Positions 60,713 through 64,000 of a stretch of DNA of 64,000 nucleotides are shown here, one piece after another. The translations under genes were made by a program, and so were the position numbers. Numbering within the stretch: the stretch's first letter is position 1; the number at the start of each line of letters is the position of its first letter. The stretch covers positions 9,486,001 to 9,550,000 of the forward strand of contig CM120645.1 of assembly GCA_051362555.1 (NCBI GenBank), given 5' to 3'. Below the pieces are notes generated by a model. That model was not told the DNA's origin and searched no databases. It worked only from the letters and a program-made list of their open reading frames with translations. The stretch is from Lingula anatina (taxonomy: Eukaryota > Animalia > Brachiopoda).

Positions 60713-63700
60713 CTGTTATTGGTATCTCATTATTTTCTGAACACAGCAACCCCATTTCACCCTCATTGATCTGTGATCTCAACTCCTGCCAAACAGTCAA
60801 CAAATCCTGACTATTGATTATTACACACTACTTTCTGATTGGACTGTTTTGACATTTCCGATAACGGCCTGATTTGATAATTACGGGCCTTGTTGACTTT
60901 TCTGCAAAAAGTTCCGATAAAGTGTGAACCCTTTCTGCATGTTTTCTGCCTGCAACGGCTGATATAATGATTACAAGGGTTTAAGTTAATTTGTTAGCAT
61001 TGTGATGTGGGAGTTTAAATAATGACATGTAGAGGTAATTTTAGAGTTTTTTATCTGTGTTTCTATTTTTGGCAGACTTCAAGCAAGTGATTGATTGTGG
61101 TACCTTAATTAAGTCAATATTTCAGCAGGACAGGGACTCACATTTAAAACTGCTCTGTGTTTGTTTTTTCAAAACTTAAAATATAGAAAAAGTGATGTCC
61201 ATTTTTACAGCCTGGCTGCATTGCCTTTATAGTATCCTTTTGTAAAGTAAGCTACATACCAGTTTGAGCTCAGGAAGATTAAAAAAGTAGATGTCATTAT
61301 CATTATGTAGATAGGTGATAAATGCTCTAGATTACAAGTGGTATTTTATGTTACATCAACTCATGAGCTTTACAGAAGATATAACAAATCCTATGTTTAC
61401 TGTTGACTTAGTGTAAGGCTGTAAGATCAAGATTTACTGCAAGGAGTTTTTTCTTACCTCCCGCTGTGAACTGAGTCGCCAGATTTAATTAAAGACAAAC
61501 ACATGACTTAGTACTGGTATTCCGTTTTGTACACTGACTAGCATCTCTAAACTGGTTATTCAGAAAATAATGAAGAGCAGCATTTGTCAAGTACAATTTT
61601 TGAAAATAAGATAAAAATTTAAAACATAAAAGGATTATTTTTACACAGTAAAATGTTTTTTAAAAAAATATAAAATAATGTTGCCTGATGAATTTTTTAC
61701 CCCTATATAACAAAGGATTGAAATCAAGAAATCTAGAAATCAATCTACATGTTTGTATTAAAACCCTTTCTGTGCCTTTTGAAAATAACTAAAACTGCAT
61801 CGCCAGGTCACTGGTTTACAATTATACAAGGCTGCTTTCATTGACAACTAAATTGTTAAAAATGGCATGACTGTATAGTTCTGATTAAAAAAATGTCAGT
61901 TACTCCCACTTGGTATGAGAATGTCTTCTTTGGCATTTCATTACAAGTAATTTATCATTGAGATAATTCCTGACCCCATCAGTGCTATCAGTTTATTTGC
62001 TGATATTCAAACATTGGGATTGCAGTGTTTTTGAAAGCAACAGCTGTATTTCTCGTTCCACGAACACTTTACGTGTTTCTAGAAAATTTATGGGAGTTTT
62101 AATAAGTTTTCTTTCTTAAGTAGCAGGGTAATGTGACATAATTTCTGAACAGCTCCTCTTTGTTGGCATTGCGTTCACTGATGCAGACAAGGCCCCATTT
62201 CATGAAAAAATATGGTTTTGGTTTTCAAGAGCACTTGTATGAAATATTGCATAGTTCTATGCCTGTGGCGACTCTCTTTTAAACTTGTGACAAATTTGCC
62301 AGAAGAAGTTTTATCATGCAAAAATGCAAGAACCTGAAAATTATATTGCAAACATTTTGCAAATTTCAGATCTGCTCTTGCAGATTTGCACAGCACATTT
62401 TTGCGCAAGCTATTGCAAACTCTTGCAAGTTCCTTGAGATGATTTGTTGCAAATTTGCTGCAAACTTCTTAATTTTTTAAAACTTTGATAAGCAACTTAG
62501 CACTGTTTGGTCTTTCTCATGTTCTTTTAAGGTTTCAATTTCATCTGGTCTCTCAATCAATTAAAGCCATTCTATGTGCAAACTTTTAATTGTGAATAAA
62601 ATTAAGGTATTGAAATATTGAATATCCCCTTACAAGATATTATTGTTTTGTATCGTTTTGACTTCAGTATGTTTTCATGAAAAAACTACCCCCCCCCCCC
62701 CCCCCACCTACCCTCCCTAGTAATATTCAATTGCATGCCGGTTGTCCTATTACTTGGTGTGTGGTAACATTATAATAAGCCTCCTTTATTACATGGTTCA
62801 TTTCTCTCTGAGGGCTGTCACAAGTGCACTTGCTTCCCCTTTCCTTTAATAAAGAGGTTTGACATGATTTATGATTTAGCTAAGTGGAAGTGTAAGGAGG
62901 TAGCAAGACCATGTAACTACCATATTATATGTAGTTGTTAAATTCAGTTTTCCTGCATAACTTCATGTAGAATGTCCCTATGCTGTAACATTGTGCAGTA
63001 GCTAGTTTTTAAGTAAATTACAAAGTTAATTACAAATAATCAAAGTTAGACTTATCTAAAATGCTTAACTGCAAGACATTTAGTTGTTATGGAATCAATG
63101 TTTCAACTGAACTAGATATATTAGGGTCCTTCATTAACTTACAGGGTTGTTATTGTAGTCTGGCAAAATTGAACTTGTCAATGTTCACTAAAAATAGGAA
63201 AAAAGCATGCAGCCCCAAGCAGTTCATTTTGAAAATAAGCATACAGCAGCATCATCAGCAAGTGGTTTCCATTACAGATTGAGCTTTAACATTTGGTACT
63301 CCAAAAGAAACTTCATTACTTATTCATAAAACTTGACAACTTGTTTTCTTTGAAATAACAATAGAGAGAAATCCATTAAGTATCTGAAAGGAGACGATAA
63401 GATAATATTTACCTGTAGTCTAACTACCCGTTTTTGATTATTGAATTTCTTTGCAGTTGTATAAGTTACAATATTCCATCACACTATAAATAGATGCTGA
63501 TTTTCATTCACGTTCAGGCCCTCTGTTGGTTTGTTTTGTGCCCAAACTTTTTTTTTTTTTGAATAAGTATTATTTTAGATTTAATAAATAGCTTATTTCT
63601 GAAAGACATTGCAACTTTGCAATTTTTAAATAGCACTCTTGATGATTTTCTAAAAACAATATGTTAATAGTCTTCCACCCAATAAAAAAATTTTTTAAAA

Positions 63701-64000
63701 ACTTTTTAGAATCATTTTTATAAATGTTACTAAAACAGGAAGCCCCCTTTTGTATGTTCTGTTTAAAATTCGGAGGAGCAGGCTGTTGATATTTGATATC
63801 AGATTTCCTAGCAACAGCTTGACAGGGACCTTTCCCCACTGTTTACAGACCAGCTTTCCTGTCATCTGAGGTCTTTGTTAAGAGACAGGTAACCTTAACA
63901 GCCAAAACACCTGTTTAAATAAGTGAAATATCAGCCGGCTCATGATATTTGGCAATGCTTTACCATTGACAGTTTGACAGGAAAGTGTGCACAATACTAA

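Noticed and set aside
56490-64000. Further exons of the unidentified gene
   Set aside because: I found no candidate with a phase-1 acceptor, an open frame and a good donor that I could defend. The region looks intronic.

Overview
AT-rich, intron-rich metazoan (invertebrate-type) genomic DNA, not prokaryotic. I assembled four spliced host genes by hand from splice sites and reading-frame phase: FBXL13/DRC6 (minus, 22 coding exons, 18361->2551), a divergent CLN3/battenin homologue (plus, 13 exons, 20980-26292), TSR1 (minus, 19 exons, 35072->26971), and an unidentified plus-strand gene (5 exons found, 36747-55969, incomplete at its 3' end). Intron 2 of the unidentified gene holds a very young, intact 9.35-kb Ty3/gypsy LTR retroelement (38174-47523) with unusual architecture. 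Its 201-aa Gag has no visible capsid domain (Q/P-rich disordered region plus two zinc knuckles). A single in-frame UAG separates gag from pol, which suggests readthrough. Pol runs PR-(dUTPase-like)-RT-RH-IN-chromodomain. The F-type env appears to get its start codon by in-frame splicing from inside gag, and it carries an extra membrane-anchored C-terminal domain. The LTR termini are non-canonical, U3 holds three nuclear-receptor-type palindromes, and a 191-bp duplication is present only in the 3' LTR. The rest of the window is introns with several MITEs and tandem repeats, including two 93-bp in-frame duplications of FBXL13 exon junctions. All calls come from reading the sequence; no searches were run.
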